A stretch of DNA of 62,894 nucleotides, filler included, from Licmophora abbreviata (taxonomy: Eukaryota), in assembly GCA_900291995.1 (NCBI GenBank). It is 12 parts of 12 records of this genome, joined end to end, with 100 filler letters (N's around TTAATTAATTAA, not from the genome) between each part and the next. Parts side by side here need not be neighbours in the genome. Positions count along the whole stretch, not along the records: positions 8,812 to 18,429 come from OLMU01000095.1; positions 18,530 to 34,906 come from OLMU01000096.1; 10 more parts are not named here. One strand, 5' to 3'. Below, piece by piece: positions 10,356-21,305 of the stretch. Numbering within the stretch: the first letter of the stretch is position 1; each line of letters opens with the position of its first letter. A model generated the notes under the pieces. That model was not told the DNA's origin. It saw nothing but the letters and a program-made list of their open reading frames with translations, and did no database searches. Both the position numbers and the translations under genes were made by a program.

Positions 10356-12318
10356 TTAAAGTAGATCGGGCATTAGCTTGCAAAGTTCGCTGCTCGTGTC
10401 GGCGCGAAGCTTAGACAGCGGACCCGTCTCGACGATCTCGCCGTTTCGGAGGACGACGACAAGATCCGCTTGCTCCAGCGACTTGGCACGGTGTGTGATG
10501 AGTAGAAGTGCGCGGCCTTTCCTTCCATTATCACTTCGACAAGCCATGACTGCGTCTGATACGGACGTTTCGCCCTCCACATCGAGAGACGAAGTCGGCT
10601 CGTCCAACACGAGGAGTGCCGGATCAGCCAGCAACGCCCGTGCGAGGCCTATGCGTGATCGCTGCCCTCCCGATAACTTGCAGCCATTCTGACCAACTTG
10701 ATATTGGAGGCCTCCTTCCACTTGAGAGACAAAGCTATCGCAGTTCGAAGTCTTCATCGCGGCCTCAACCGCGTCGATCGAGGCGTCCGGATTGCTGTAC
10801 TTGACGTTCTCGAGTATCGTTGTGTTGAACAAGGCTGGGCTTTGGGGCACAACTTGCACGAGCTTCTTTTGTACCACGCGGTCTAATGAATTGTAGTCGG
10901 CGTCGCCTGGGGAGAGGGTGATGCAGCCCGACTGGGGTTGATACAGGGCAGCTAGTACGGATGCTAGCGTCGATTTTCCACTCCCATTCTTTCCGACAAG
11001 TGCGACAACGACACCCCGCTTCAAGTCAAGGGATACATCGCGAAGAACATGCTTTGAGGGACTCGTGCGGTACGAAAAGCTTACATTGGTCAGAGAGATG
11101 GACTCAACCGACGACACATCAACGTCATGCCTGTTGGCAGTAGCATGCTTCCCAGTTTCTTCATCGGTGACACAGTCAATGAGCCCATAGACGCGCTCTG
11201 CGGATACCATACTCTGCATGATCTCGCTGAGAGCTTTGAAGACTCCGCTGGTACCCAGTCCCAGCAGGAACGAATACGTGGCGAAACTTGTTAGTTCTCC
11301 CGCCGTCATTCGCCCTGCCGCTACGGCCTTGCCTCCAGCGTTAAACACGAGAAAGAGAGCCCCGGAAGAAGCTGCAAAGATAAAACCCATGAAGGCTCCG
11401 TTTGCCAACGAGACACGACGACCTAATCGAGCACACTCTTGTTGAAGATCAGTATACTGCTCCACTTCATCGGCTTCTCGATTCGACATTTTGACCATGG
11501 CTATGTGCATCAGACGTTCTTCGGCAAAGGACGCAGCCAAGGTTGCCGTTTCTCGCTGGTTGGCCGTCACACGCTTAATCGCTTTTCGCAAAACCATTGC
11601 AGCGGTTCCAATCATGGGGACAATGCCAAACGATAGACCAAAAAGGCCTGCGTTCAATCGCAACATGTGATAGGTACCAAACATACAGGAGCAGCTAGAC
11701 CGAAACAAACTCGCAAAGTTCACCGTCAATGACTTCGACACGAGATTGACATCTTCGTTCAAGATGGCGCCAATGGCACCCGGTGTCATTCCCGTCGCTT
11801 GCTCTGGTGCGCTTTCCGCTGCGCTGTCATTGACCATACTATCTTTGACTTTTCCCTCTTCACTCTGCACGTGTTCGACACTTCCAGCTTGAAACCATTC
11901 CAGATTCCGATCCGTCAGCAAAGCCCGAAAGACGTCACTTCGTAGGCGCGAGGCGATATTGTCTTCAGCTCGATTGAGCATCGTTGTGCGTATGAATGAC
12001 GCCAATCCACCTCCGAGCACCACCATGGCCAGCGACGATACCGTGGACTGTGACACGGCCGCGCAAGTAGCGCCACCGGAAGTTGACTCTTGATCCAGCA
12101 ACTTTCCGAGCAACCTTGGAACAGCTACAACATCAAAAAGAAAGGGGGTGAGCCTTCAAGAAAAGAAGAGTGAAATCAGGCGTAGAACTTTCGCACTTCT
12201 TCTTACCTTGATTGGATAGAGTCGATGCCAACATCGCGAGTGAGCCGATTGCTATCGGCTGAATTTCCTTCATGGCCTCCGTTCGGAGACGCTTCTTAAC
12301 GTTTTCACCATCAGCCAT
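10356..12318 (-). CDS. ABC transporter subfamily B half-transporter (ABCB10/MDL1-like), 2 exons
   Basis: TM domain plus NBD with Walker A GKNGSGKS, Q-loop VPQ, LSGGQ signature, Walker B LLVLDE, H-loop ITHR; intron 12206..12125; start at 12318 (MADGENV) or in-frame upstream ATG 12516. Confidence 0.9.
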
Positions 12319-12885
12319 CTTGTGTCGTTTCTTTCGACGGTGATTTTCCACAGCGCAAGTAATAGCAGTGGATGAGGAAGATTCGACAGCTGCTGGTTTC
12401 GCCGTTGTATCCTGCGCTCGGCGTTTCCTTCGACGGGAGCGTGTAGCAGTACCTGAACTGGTCGTAAGGCTAGCTTGCTGGAACTTGATAGATAGGCCAC
12501 TGCGGGTCTCCACCATTAGCAGTAGCCCTGTACTTCAGTTCTCTCGAGACTTTTGGTGCGATTTTAGTGCCGACAGAGTGATGGTGTATGCTTGTTTGGT
12601 CTCGCTTGTGCTGCGTCAGTCACCACCATGAATCTCATCGTCGACGATGTCTCGCCGGGGGTCGAGTATGTGTGGACGGCGCAAAGACCAAGCTAGAATT
12701 GAGTCGAAAGAGTCGATTCCTTTTTACTTTTCTTTTGATGTGTGTGTGCGGCCATCGTCCGTTTCGTCTGCTGTCTTCCGGCATTCTAGTTTTGGCGCGC
12801 CATCGAATGCCGAAAGACGCGGCAACATCACAAGAAAGAACAAGTTTGAAATTGACACCATGGGGAGCGAATTTAGGTCCCAAAC

Positions 12886-14582
12886 ATGAAGATCGGTTGG
12901 TCTCCAAAGGGAAAAGCCATATTGGCCATGACTTGGGCCTCAGCGATTCATTATGCGGGTTACGAGCTGGCACGAAGCGCCGTGCTTGCCTTGTTCACAT
13001 CGCAACGCGGCGGATTCGCGAATTCGTCGGCAGCGCCACTCGCTACTGGTTGCATTAGCCCATTTTCTCTGTTTCTTCTGTGGGTAAGTCTCGTTTATTG
13101 ATTCGCAAACTGTTTCTTGCCTCCGTACAGGTTCACTCTTATCTCTCATTTATATCAATACTGGGCTTGCCTTTGCAGCTCTACTCGAGACTATTGGAAC
13201 GCGGCGGACCGCGACACGCCTTACTTGCGACGACTTTGATATGCTCGTCCGTCATGGCGATTGGCGGATGCATTCTTGGCTACCTGGATCGACATCTTGA
13301 TGACTCCCTGTTTCACCAGAGAATATCCTGCTCTCTTTTATTTTCATTGTTGGTCTGTCAAAGTGGGTTTGTCCAGCTCCTGTCGATGCAACATTGGTCC
13401 TTCCTTGGCTCCGTCGCCACCAAGAAGGAAGGCGCCGCGTGGTTTGCACCGATTGCAGGAATCGGATCTGTGACTTCCACCATAGCAGCCATGGCGGTCT
13501 CACCGCTGGTAGATACCATAGGTCTTCAGGGGCTCCTCATTGCTGCATCATCATTGTTGTGTTGTAGCGCGGCCCTCGCCGATCGATCACATTCGATTGC
13601 GCAACATGTGAGTCGGACACGGGCAGAAATAAAATGGCTGCTAACAACAGGATGCCGAATCTCACAACATATTCCACCACTTGTTCTTTCCTCAGCATGG
13701 ATTTGCGCCAGAAAATGATGAAAAATTGGAGAGAAAGGAAGAAGTCGGCAAACAAACGGAGTCGCTCATTGCACGTGCAACATCTCTCTTTGCGCGAGTA
13801 CCAGTATTGGGAGCCCTCTGCAACGAGGTAGTGCTATGTCAGTGTTTCTCGTCACTCATGAGTTTCCTCTTTGTATTGGAAGTCAAGGGGGCTATACCAG
13901 AGGATGAAGATCGAGCTCGATGGACTGGTAATGTGCGTCTTTTGTTGCCAGTGCGAGTCAAACCGAAGTTTCGGTACACGAAGATTGTCCGTCCGAAACC
14001 TTACCTACTTCCTTCCCTGCATCTACGCTTTAGTGCTATGCATGGATCAATGGCCTAAGTGGCTTCCTTCAGTTTTGTGTATTACCAATTTTGACGAAGC
14101 ATGTGAATCCGCGGCTGTTTTGGTTGCTCATGCCGAGCGCCATGATTGCCTTCACCGCGTTTCTCGCATTTCAAGTGAAAATGACACTGCGCCTGATTGG
14201 ACTGTGCTTTTGCACTATGAAGGTTTTGGAATACTCACTAAGAGGAATAGCGAACGAAATGGTAGAGTTGGTCTGTGTGTCGAAGCTCTATGGGTCGACC
14301 TTTGATGCTTACATGTTCAATCATATCTCAACTCTGTTGTAGGTTTATATATCATTGGATTACGAAAGCAGATTTATTGGAAAGGAGATTATTGGACTGT
14401 TTGCGAACCGTCTAGGGAAATCTGGCATGGCAGTGACTTTGTTTGCTGTCACCGCCTGGTATGGAGACTCACTGGACCAAGAACTAGCAATAGCGAGCAA
14501 CGCGGTTGCGCTTATCTGGCTGCTCTTCTCCTATCGACTAACGTGCTTGCTTGAGGGGCTACAAAAATCCAAGGAGGCATAG
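12886..14582 (+). CDS. TLC-family ATP/ADP (nucleotide) transporter-like MFS protein, multi-exon
   Basis: Hydrophobic exons joined by GT-AG introns; C-terminal EYSLRGIANEMV-YISLDYESRFIGKEIIGLFANRLGKSG resembles the NTT motif KYSLFD..KEMAYIPLD..KGKAAID..LGKSG. Confidence 0.7.
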
Positions 14583-14593
14583 GTCGTGCCCGA

Positions 14594-16768
14594 TCAGTCT
14601 TGCTCATTAAGTCGTGAAGGATGGTCAGACTTAGAGGAAGCTGGCTTGACATCGAGAGCAAGCATAGGTACAGGGAAAAGCTCGTCCGGGAAGTTATCTT
14701 GCATTTCTTGTACCAAAATTCGAAGGTTCGCAGCGTCGACAAGCTTCAGTAGATATGGGAGAGATCTTGTGACTGACGCATCATCATTGTCCAATACAAA
14801 GCTGTTGTCTACGCATGTGTTCTCTTTTAGACAGACGACGCCTCCAGGTCGCAAAGCTTGTCCGCATCGCTTCAAAAACTTGATCGCATCCATGTCCGTC
14901 AGGTAACAAAGAACCCACTGGATCCAAATAATGCTATAGGTGCCCTGTGCTGGTTCCCAATCTTGAAGCCCAACACAGTAGTATCGACAACGATCCGCCC
15001 CAGAGTTACCAATATAGGCCGGTGCAGACGAAAGCAATCGCGATGACGACTCGACTAAGTCACAACGAGGTACTCCCAAGGGTAAAAGCAATCCCTTGCT
15101 GACACGGCCTATACCTGCACCGCATTCACAAGCAGCACCTGAAGCAAAGTCCAGCGATGGTCGGTTTGTCCGTACTCTATCCAGAAATCTGATGGATCCT
15201 TCGAGGTCAACGTCTGATATCGACGCATAGCCTCCCAACACACCGTCGACTGTTGCGGGACAGTTCTGTTCATAATAGTTCTCGGCCTTGCCATACCAAG
15301 ATTGATTCTTTTCTCCTTCCATCTGAACGACTTCTTGAGAATACCACATCTCGCCAGCAGAGCGATAAATGTTGCCATCCGAATCGGCGCCGCGTTCCGC
15401 AACAGATACGACGTTCATCGCATTGATATCTCCCGATGCTGCGATCGAGCCAAGCGAGTTCCGCAGCATTGATTCGAAGCAATATTCAACAGTATGTTCG
15501 TAAGCCGGCCCTCCAGGTCGCAAGATATGGCATTGTCCCTGGGAGAACTCTGGAAACGCGTTATCGTCTATTCCAATCGAGTCAGGGTAATGCTGAGTTT
15601 CCAGGCACACTCCTTGCCATTGTCTGTACGTTGACAATTCTTTGCAAAACGTGTTTTCAAAAGGAACTCCACCAATGTAGTTTGTCGTATAGAGCTGTAC
15701 TCCTGGGGCGTCCGTCATTACTGTCAGTCGTCTCCCGGTCGCTTCGTGATCAAGGATTCCTGCTACATTCATGTTGTGCCCGTCTCCCTTGACTACATAA
15801 TTGTGGTCAAAACCATATGGATCGCCCGGGTTATCACGAGTGCTTCCCACCGTTGCAATGTCTGGAAATATTCCAGAGCGCGTCATATTGCGACTAGCAT
15901 CTTGGCTTGTTAAGCCAGCTTTTTCAGTTCCAAACTTATGAAGCGCATCCTTAAAAAGCCGGCCCATGCGAAAGTCCATGACCGGATCCTTGTCCAGCGA
16001 GCGTACTTCACGTGTCGGAATGGATGTCGAGTCGGTAGGAGTATAATAATCCGACGGCATGGTGAGCTTGTGGTCTATTATGCCTTTGGGAGAATTGTGC
16101 GATGCCAAGTTGAAGTAGGAATGGTTGGCCAGGTTGATCGGCGTAGGATTGTGATCGAGAAGGTTGGCCTTCATGACCAAGCGTAGCGTTGCCCCACTGC
16201 CCGACGGCGTGGCCACCAACGAGTACGTCGCGGTCACTTCAACTTTACCGGGGAAGCCTTCGTCGCCGTCATTGCTAATCAAGGCGAATTTGACGCTTGA
16301 AGTCGGCTCGCCGGACCTTTGGATTGTAGAAGCCTCCCAGACTCGACGGTTGAATCCATTGGACCCTCCATGCAGGCTATTTGGAGCATTGTTTGTCTCC
16401 AACTGATACTCCTGTTGGGACCCAGGCAGACTGAAGCGACCATTGGCGATTCTATTTGCGACACGTCCGACTATAGAACAGAAGAAGAGAGGATTTCCAG
16501 ACTCATACATTGCATCCGGCGATCGAAAACCCAAAACGACGTCATCGACCGTATCGCAATCTGTCGCGTACGAGGGGACTAGAATCTTTGATATGGAAGC
16601 ACCAAGATTTGAAAGATGGACCGTGATGCCGTTGAAGGAGAGCGAGAAGGTACGAAGAGTGAGCTGCTTCGGCTCGCCGTTCGACGATGCGTCAGGATCA
16701 GTGGCCGACACCATCGTCGACTCCAACTCCAACACGGTGGCAACCTCTGCGCTTCGCTGCGTGTTCAT
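14594..16768 (-). CDS. Fusion ORF: aldose 1-epimerase (GalM) plus alpha-N-terminal protein methyltransferase (NTMT1/Tae1-like)
   Basis: GalM motifs GRVANRIANG, LHGG, NLANHSYFNL, GFDHNY, GVQLYT, CLETQHYPD; then in frame with no stop WYGKA..ATVDGVLGG, ECGAGIGRVSK, IWIQWVLCYLTD, KEN, DASVTRS. Start uncertain (ATG 16768 or upstream ~16939). Confidence 0.85.
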   Translation of the reverse strand: MNTQRSAEVATVLELESTMVSATDPDASSNGEPKQLTLRTFSLSFNGITVHLSNLGASISKILVPSYATDCDTVDDVVLGFRSPDAMYESGNPLFFCSIVGRVANRIANGRFSLPGSQQEYQLETNNAPNSLHGGSNGFNRRVWEASTIQRSGEPTSSVKFALISNDGDEGFPGKVEVTATYSLVATPSGSGATLRLVMKANLLDHNPTPINLANHSYFNLASHNSPKGIIDHKLTMPSDYYTPTDSTSIPTREVRSLDKDPVMDFRMGRLFKDALHKFGTEKAGLTSQDASRNMTRSGIFPDIATVGSTRDNPGDPYGFDHNYVVKGDGHNMNVAGILDHEATGRRLTVMTDAPGVQLYTTNYIGGVPFENTFCKELSTYRQWQGVCLETQHYPDSIGIDDNAFPEFSQGQCHILRPGGPAYEHTVEYCFESMLRNSLGSIAASGDINAMNVVSVAERGADSDGNIYRSAGEMWYSQEVVQMEGEKNQSWYGKAENYYEQNCPATVDGVLGGYASISDVDLEGSIRFLDRVRTNRPSLDFASGAACECGAGIGRVSKGLLLPLGVPRCDLVESSSRLLSSAPAYIGNSGADRCRYYCVGLQDWEPAQGTYSIIWIQWVLCYLTDMDAIKFLKRCGQALRPGGVVCLKENTCVDNSFVLDNDDASVTRSLPYLLKLVDAANLRILVQEMQDNFPDELFPVPMLALDVKPASSKSDHPSRLNEQD

Positions 16769-16970
16769 TTTTGCTGTAAAGTAAACGCAATCGCCTACAA
16801 CATGTATGCATGTACTAGAACTAGTGTCACTAGCATTTACCAGCGATTCATCCCGCACTTTGTGCGCCGCTGCATCCTCATTGTCGTCATCACAAAACAT
16901 GACCGCAGCGAGAAGGAAGAACCGATTTTCCGAGCGCATCAGATTGCTTTTTGGCGCCAAACTCGCTGAC

Positions 16971-16978
16971 TGACGTCA
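16971..16978. promoter_or_regulatory. TGACGTCA palindrome in a divergent promoter
   Basis: Between the GalM-NTMT ORF (minus) and the plastid protein at 17188 (plus). Confidence 0.3.
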
Positions 16979-17187
16979 TTAAAGTCTAGCTTTCAGGTTG
17001 ATTTATATCAAAGCACACAAGCCTAGACAAACTTACGGACGCTTGAGAGTGGAGTTAGATGGTTGATGGAATTCAGGACGTCAAGGAAGGCGACCCCTCA
17101 GTGATGCTCACTACATGTGTTCATAGTGCCCCCAGAGATCGCAACTGATCTCATCCTGATACAGCTTCTTATCTACTCTAGCCTTTC

Positions 17188-17967
17188 ATGTCCCGTCCCG
17201 ACTTCCCCATGACTATCGTTACCAACGTGCTATGCGTCTTCCTTCTCGCGACAGGCGTAGCCGCCTTGATTAGTCCGTCGATGCGCACTGTTCGAGCTTC
17301 TCAAGCGTCGGCACTCAGTGCAAGCACTGGGGATATTGAGACCTCTCGCGCAAACTTTGTTACTTCAGTTGTGACAGGCGCGTCGCTTCTTTCTGGAGGA
17401 CTCTTCCCAGAGCCTGCTATGGCTCGAGGCCGAGCTACACTCGAGCAGGCATACGACCGCTACACTCCACGCATCATCGCTGGAGGTCAGTTCTATGGAT
17501 CGGACCTTCGCAAGATGATTGAAAAGAGCGACTGGACGGGACTCAAGGCTGCAACTTCGGACCCGCCCAAGAAGTCCAAGGAAGATCGAACCAAGATGGA
17601 CGGAGGTGTCGCTGAGAGAGCAGCTCAAGCTGGTGGGTTCTCCGCTGCGCGTGTGGCGACCGCTTGCGAACTGTTCGCTGCTGCTTTCTCGGACAATTCC
17701 ATCAGTCCCAAGACCAAGAAAATGCAGAAAGAAGCTGAATCCATCAAGTCAATCATTGCAGGCATCAATTTGGCGGCACGCGAGGCACTTGGAGAGGAAA
17801 CCAGTGGCGGTCTTTTCGGTCTTGGGGCAAAGAAGCCCAACACCGCGGAGCTGTCCAAGCGCGTGCGCCAGTTTTACGTTGAAGGAGGCAATGCGTGGAA
17901 CCAGTACATCTTTGCTGCTAACGATGAACTTCCCATCACATTGGCAAAGCTACCATATTTGAAGTGA
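17188..17967 (+). CDS. Uncharacterised plastid protein, probably thylakoid lumen
   Basis: Signal peptide (LCVFLLATGVAA-L), S/R-rich transit peptide, second hydrophobic stretch ending PEPAMA (AxA peptidase-type site); intronless 259 aa. Confidence 0.7.
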   Translation: MSRPDFPMTIVTNVLCVFLLATGVAALISPSMRTVRASQASALSASTGDIETSRANFVTSVVTGASLLSGGLFPEPAMARGRATLEQAYDRYTPRIIAGGQFYGSDLRKMIEKSDWTGLKAATSDPPKKSKEDRTKMDGGVAERAAQAGGFSAARVATACELFAAAFSDNSISPKTKKMQKEAESIKSIIAGINLAAREALGEETSGGLFGLGAKKPNTAELSKRVRQFYVEGGNAWNQYIFAANDELPITLAKLPYLK

Positions 17968-18429
17968 GCGAGTCGACTCTGTGCGCGCATGTGCCGCCGC
18001 AAGACGGCTGCCGCAGAAACATTAATTGCTGCTAAACAGGCTATACCATTTCCTGCTAATCATCATCTAGGCTCGTCTTGTGATGAAGCTACTCATTATT
18101 CATCATTGATTGTGACCTGCCATCGCAGTTTCGACATCGGTAATACTGGCACGTGTAAAAATGGGGACTATGCATACGGCTATAAATTGTGAGCAAGGCC
18201 CGCGTCCATGAGACGTCATCATAACCTCGCGAAAAAAATGTCACAAAGGCCCAAAATGCCATCACACCAAACCTTCGAACGCAGAAACTGGTGCGTGATG
18301 CAACCTGCGACCGATACCAACCGCACATCATCATCCTGCATCACTTGTCAACATTTTTACTGTCCCATTGTGTTACCTGACGCATCTCTTTGAATTATAG
18401 TGCCCAACGAAAGCAAGAACTTAACACAA

Positions 18430-18529
18430 NNNNNNNNNNNNNNNNNNNNNNNNNNNNNNNNNNNNNNNNNNNNTTAATTAATTAANNNNNNNNNNNNNNN
18501 NNNNNNNNNNNNNNNNNNNNNNNNNNNNN
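18430..18529. other. Artificial scaffold spacer
   Basis: 44 N + TTAATTAATTAA + 44 N. Confidence 0.98.
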
Positions 18530-18537
18530 CGTGCTGG

Positions 18538-19339
18538 ATGATGTTCTTTCAGAGGCTTTCCTTTTTGATATTGATTCTGCCGGCCGCAGCCGAGTGCTTT
18601 GCGATGGTGTCGCCGGCTGTCCTTCGACATCGAAGGGCGCCAACTCGCTTGCCAGCAAGCAATTCGGAGGGAGAGCCCCAAGTCAATAATCGGGATTTCT
18701 GGACCCGGCAGAAAGAACTAGCACAGGAAATGTCAGATTCAGCAGACAGGTCAAGCAAGCTGTAAGTGTCTGTGCGGTATGATACACAATCCCACCTCTC
18801 TATTAAAAACGAACCCGACAATATGAACCTCATCCTGACATCCATGCACTATATCCTGCGCAGAGAGATGCGAGAAAAGTTTGCAAAGCGGCGCTTGGAC
18901 CTGGTGTTCGACTCTGCGTATTTCACGGTTCTAATTTTCTGTGCATTGTGGGCTGCATCGCCGAATCCATTTAGTCCGATATCATACGCACTTGGAGCAA
19001 CACTTGGTATTGCCTACTCTTATGGATTGGGGAAATATGTGGAGACCATTGGTGGATCGGCAGAGGATGCGGGTGATATTCAAGGAGCTGGGGTCGGGCA
19101 AGCGAGATTTGCATTTTTGATTCTACTCTTTGTCGCCGTTGGACGGTTCCGAAGCGCAGGCCTCCAAGAGATCCCGGCGATCATGGGATTCTTTACATAC
19201 CAACTTGCATCGCTCAGTCAAGGTACGGACAATAGATTGGAGTTCAGTATGCTACCAAACCTAGTCCACGTTGTCACTTAACCGCCCACTTCTGCTGTTC
19301 GATCGTCCAAACACAGGTCTCCGCGAGATCAATGACTGA
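18538..19339 (+). CDS. Plastid ATP synthase protein I (Atp1/CGL160-like) membrane protein, 3 exons
   Basis: Signal peptide ending AEC-F; four TM segments with SYALGATLGIAY and PAIMGFFTYQLA; introns about 18762-18863 and 19223-19316; ends GLREIND*. Confidence 0.65.
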
Positions 19340-19523
19340 GGCAGCTAATAAGCTTGAACGTCCCGAGAGTTGCCGGATACTTTGAAAGGCACAGTCCAGT
19401 ACGAAAGCGGCTATGTCATTTAACGATTCACTGTTGATACTTTTTTATAGCGGCGTTTCTGTTTGTTTGATTGTTCTTGTCTCGTCAATGCCACTGTCGA
19501 TTCGTGTTGTCCCAAAATAATGC

Positions 19524-20849
19524 CTAGTCCTCTCCCTTGTAGGCCGCCATCTCCCGAGTGTAACGCGTCTTGTCTTCCGCCGCCTTGGCTTCCCAAACGG
19601 CACGATCTTTGTCGGAGAGAGCCTTGTACTTGGTAGAGATGGCGCGGGCGATATCCCCAAAGCTCAATTCGGGATTGGCTTCCTTGACCGTTGCGCGAAC
19701 GCTGTTCGAGAACAAGAAGAAGGCAGACTGTTCAAGCGATAATGAAATGCCATAAGAATAGTGAGTGGTGACTATTGTAAAATGCAAAACTCGGGACGGT
19801 TTCAAGCAGCGAGCGAGAACGTACCATGTTTCGCTAAGAAAGCCAGATCGGATAGGAAGGAAAGAAACGACACAAGGGTGTGAGAGTAGGGAGAAGATAG
19901 CGAAGAGCATATATCTACAAGTCGAGAGCGGTGCGTACCTTGGGGGCGTTGGGGTCCTTCTTCTTGCGCTTCTTGCCCGTCGGCTCGTCGTCATCCGAGG
20001 GAGGAACGTAGTGCTTCATTTCCTCCTGGTAACGAAGCTTGTCCTTCTCGGCTTTCTTGACCCATTTCTGGTGTTCCTTTTCGGGGAGAGCCTTGAACTG
20101 GGCAGAGAGAAGACGAGCCTGTGGAACAATAAGCAATAGATAAGCAAAAGGCATTGGTGAGGGCGGTACTATAGGTAATTCGACCAACGACTGCGATTCA
20201 ATCTCAAGCAATTCGAAACAAGCGAAACGGATGACAGACGGAATTTCGACTGGTTCGACTCCCGGACTCGCCAACTGGCTCGTGTCAAAAAGAAGCGCTG
20301 TAGAATTCCTACGACAGTCCACGCGACAGTGCAATTTTGTAGTTGGCGTGCTTCTCGTGCTTGCTTCGTGGTCTCTCGCGATGCTCTCGTGGGTGGCCTT
20401 GCGGTGCCGTGTTGTAGGCTGTTGCACCGCGTGCTCTGCCGTGCTACACCGTGAGTGACCACACACAACACGGGCCATCACGGGCAAGTACGAGACGAAG
20501 ATACAATGACGCCCACAAGGGTCCTGTCGACGAATCCTCACTTCTCCGCTTTCACGCAGCTTCAAGGCATGCAAGACACTGACATGCTAGTTTCCGCGGA
20601 TACTATGCCCAAGATACGATAGAATACAACAATCAGCCGAATTGTGGCACTTACAATGTCTCCGAAAGAGGCTTCGGGGTTGTCCGACTTGACCTGGGCA
20701 CGGTTCGCCTGGCTGTAAAGGAAGAATGCGCTCATGTTACGCTTGGGACGGGAAGGGTCTTTCTTGCTCTTGCGCTTCTTGGCCTTGGCAACGAGGACTT
20801 CCTCCTCGCTTTCCACATCATCCGACTCGTACTCCTCGTAGTGACTCAT
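19524..20849 (-). CDS. Double HMG-box protein (HMGB/Nhp6-like), 4 exons including a 9-nt micro-exon
   Basis: Exons 20849-20655, 20118-19939, 19833-19825, 19727-19524, all GT-AG; box 1 KDPSRPKRNMSAFFLYS, box 2 KDPNAPK-RNM-SAFFLFS. Confidence 0.92.
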
Positions 20850-21305
20850 GATGGCGATAAGACTGGTACTGGCTCTTAGCAGCTATACAACTAGACTCCG
20901 GCACTGATTTGATTCTCACAAGGACGGACAATGCGCTTTGTGAACGGCTCAAAAGAATGGCAACAACAACATGGTGTCTCGTGGCGGATCCAGACATCCT
21001 TGGGGATGATTTTCACGTAGCGGGCTACTGGGTGTTTGTACTAGAAGCAAAGATTTGATGGTTGCGAAGTCCGCCAACAGACCCGCTGGCTGGCTGGCTT
21101 TGCCTGCATTTTCCGCGATTTCGTAGAACTTAGTACTTCAATAACGCATGTAGAATCTATACGGAATCTCATTAAATCGCTACTGGAATCAGGAATCGCG
21201 CTGGTGTGGGTGTGTTGTTGCGCGCCGTCGCACTTTTTTAGAGTAGATTTCCAACTCACGCGACGACGACCGACGAAAAAGCAACAGCGCAAGTTCAGTT
21301 GCACA

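Noticed and set aside
19915..20574. 219-aa ORF as a separate gene
   Set aside because: It is HMG-box exon 2 plus read-through of intron 1.
20119..20654. Intronic C/D snoRNA in the long HMG intron
   Set aside because: No RTGATGA box C found on the sense strand.
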